A program made the position numbers and the translations under genes. Source: Podarcis erhardii (taxonomy: Eukaryota). From it: DNA of 64,000 bases. Positions 61,329 through 64,000 of this stretch are shown here, piece by piece. The stretch lies in NCBI GenBank assembly GCA_964252035.1, contig OZ176210.1; one strand, given 5' to 3'. The notes under the pieces were generated by a model. It worked only from the letters and a program-made list of their open reading frames with translations, made no database searches and was not told the origin of the DNA. Each line of letters starts with the position of its first letter. Within the stretch, counting starts at the first letter, position 1.

Positions 61329-63219
61329 CACCGGGCAACAATTTTTTACTTTTTGAATGTTGTCTAGATTTCTACAACTGATTTAGGATATTTTTGCACT
61401 GCTGAATCAGGAAATGGCATCCGTTTCTCTCCATCAGGTCAGGTTTACTGTAAACTGAATGGTGGGCATTGATAAAGGTAAGTACATGTAAATTGCATGT
61501 TGCTTCACCATTTTTCAAACTTCAGGGCTTGAACTTCTGTTTCTTGGAACTCCTGGAATGCTCAGCGGCAGGGAGGTCTCTCTTCAGAGTCCAACAGTAG
61601 TCAGCCATCATGACTGCGTCCCAGCGACCCTGATACCTGGTCTCCATCTCTTTCATGTCCTGATGGAATCTCTCCCCCTGCTTGTCACTCATTGAACCCA
61701 GATTCTCAGGAAACCGGTCCATATGTGAAAATAGGTAGTGCATCTTGACGCTCATGTTGCAGCCCAGGTTTCTGAAAGCAGTCAGCATGTTGTTGACAAG
61801 TTCTGCGTAGTTTCTGGCCTTATTGTTGCCAAGAAAGTTCTTCACTACCAGAACAAATGCCTTCCACACTTCCAGTTCCACTTCATTCATTGAGTTTCCG
61901 AACTCTGGATCTCTGATGAGCTGACGGATCTGAGGACCGTCAAAGATGCCAGCTTTCAACTTCTCCATGGTCAATCCTGGAAAAGCCTGGCACAAGTAAG
62001 TGAAGCAGTCACCATCCTTGTCCAGAGGTGACTTGGTGAACTGCTTGATTAAGCCGAGCTTGATGTGCAGCGGTGGGAAGAGTATTCTGTCTCTGTCCAC
62101 CAGAGGGTCATTGATGACGCTCCTTTTTTTGCAAGGCACCAATTCCTCCCGCACAGGCCAGTCCTTCTTCGTGTAATGCTGAGCACAGCCCCTACTATCC
62201 CACATGCACAGAAAACATGGGTACTTGGTGAAGCAAGACTGTTGTCCCAACAAAAAGTTCACCATCTTCAGGTCAACGCAAATAAACCACTTATGCTGAT
62301 CATAACCATTTTTCTCCAGCACATACTTCACCACTTCATAGTTCTCCTTCAGTGTACTCGAGTGAGCCAGGGGTATAGAGGGAAACTGGTTGCCATTGTG
62401 TAGCAGAACACATTTCAGTGATCACTTGCTGCTGTCAATGAACAGTCTCCAATCTTTGGGTTCGTACTGTGGCACTCCAAGCTTGAGCAGAAGCTGCGCA
62501 ATATCTGCACAGTACACCAAGTCCTTCTCTTCCGAGAAAAAACGGAGGTACTCTTGATGCCTGTTGCCGAAGAAGCTGATGAGAGCACTGTCAGAGAGGA
62601 GGTTTTTTTCCTTCATTCTGGATGCCAACAGTTCGGCATAGTCCTTTGACAAGCTGAGGTTGCGAACTAGATCAATCAACTCCTTTTGGGAAAATGGATG
62701 TGGAGCATCATCTTCAAGAACCACTTCTTCTTCTTCATGTCCTTCAACACTGGAGGCATCTTCATCACTAATGTCAGGAAGTTCTCCGAAGATAGGCACT
62801 GGAATTTCATCACAATGAGCTACAGGACGACGTGCTGATTGAAGATCAGGATTAACTTAGTTTTGATCCCCCAACTTTATGCTTTGCCGCACCAATTTAT
62901 GGAAGATTTCGAGGTTTTATGACTTCAAACTGATCCCTTTTCGACATAATCACCCAGAACTATCGGACCTGAATACTTCTTGTCATTAAAATAATCATTT
63001 CCAATCAAAACAATTATTCGACATGGCATTTTGCCCCCACCAACTTCTTCTAAAATGCTCCACACAAGCGTACATGTGAACAAAAACGTAAAAAAATGAC
63101 ATGTGGCCATAGCTCAAAACTTGACCTGATTGAGCAAAACCAAAGTGATTTTTGGATTCAGCGCATCAGATTCGTCCTAAATCAACTGAAAAAACGCAGA
63201 CAACAAATTTGTTGTTGTG
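61329..63219 (-). mobile_element. Chapaev3 (CMC superfamily) DNA transposon, 1891 bp
   Basis: Termini CACCGGGCAACAA... / ...AATTTGTTGTTGTG, TAA TSD on both sides (61326-28, 63220-22), ~100-bp imperfect subterminal inverted similarity (GTTGTCT...TGATTTAGGA...GCTGAATC...ATCAGGTCA), and an internal transposase. Confidence 0.88.
61522..62850 (-). pseudogene. Chapaev3-type DDE transposase, one in-frame stop, N-terminus deleted
   Basis: The two listed ORFs are in one frame, separated only by TGA at 62422-24. Motifs: PDLQSARRPV, WRLFIDSSK, ICVDLK, CFLCMWD, PPLHIKLGL, IFDGPQIR, MHYLFSH, GERFHQ, MMADYCW. Confidence 0.88.
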
Positions 63220-64000
63220 TAATCTGTCCCACCTTCTCCCTCCATCTTAAAGTCAACTCCCTGTTATCCCTTAAGTCTACTATACTTGGTACAAATCCCA
63301 CTTATTGGAATTGATCCAGCCTTCCTTCTTTCTCTGCCCTCCACTCATCCCTGTTTCCTTCCTTCCCACTTCCCTTCACTATAAAATTTGATTTCCCAGT
63401 ATAGGTTACATTTAAAAGTTGAAAGAAACAGGTCAAATGAAGTATAAGTAGCAAAAGGGGCTGTTTTCCATGTTGCAGGCAATATTAACTGTATCCAGAA
63501 TCACAGCTTTCTTTTGTATCTTTATCTCCATTCTCTTTCAGGTCATGAATAGTCAATCTGTCAAAGTTATCATATGGAAACTAGCTGAGAAAAGTCACTA
63601 TCATCATGATATGCATCTGGAACAATGTTACTGTATGCTATCTTGAACTGTGATAAATCCATAGGTATTGGTAAAGAGACTTGCCAAGCCATTTAGGAAA
63701 TAATAAATCAGTTTTAAGTTATACAGTTTTAAATTAGCTATTCTCCTGTGGCTCGATGAGGTAGATAATATGCATGTCGCTTCCATTAAGACTAATAGGT
63801 GTTAATACGTGTACATCTTCAGTGTTTTGAGATAAGGATGTGCATTTTAAGGATCCCTTAATGTCAGTCAAGTAGCATATCATTTATCAAACATGTAGCT
63901 ACTTTTAAAAAAGTGAATAAATTTAGAATGAATACATTACCATGGTACACCTCTTTCACTTGCCCAGTGGGGTAGAGCCCCAATGCTAGCTTTTTGTCAC

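Noticed and set aside
1-64000. CRISPR arrays, operons, rRNA
   Set aside because: The DNA is eukaryotic. There are no regularly spaced repeat-spacer arrays or rRNA-like sequence.

Overview
Eukaryotic, repeat-rich non-coding DNA from a squamate reptile, most likely a lacertid lizard. This is an inference from Sauria SINEs, lizard-type CR1/L2 LINEs, a BovB fragment and squamate hAT MITEs. I found no protein-coding exon I can support, so the window reads as a large intron or gene desert with four assembly gaps. All long protein-like ORFs are transposon-derived: two young CR1 ORF2 3' ends, decayed L2 fragments, a BovB fragment and a nearly intact Chapaev3 (CMC superfamily) transposase. There are two main signals. 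(1) A mini Penelope-like insertion at 5749-6135 has a 12-bp TSD, a 104-bp fold-back and two minimal type I hammerhead ribozyme cores exactly 202 nt apart, which is a retrozyme-like architecture. (2) A 1.9-kb Chapaev3 element at 61329-63219 has CAC...GTG ends and a TAA TSD, and its surviving 442-codon frame carries a single CpG-type stop. All calls are by eye; no database search was run.
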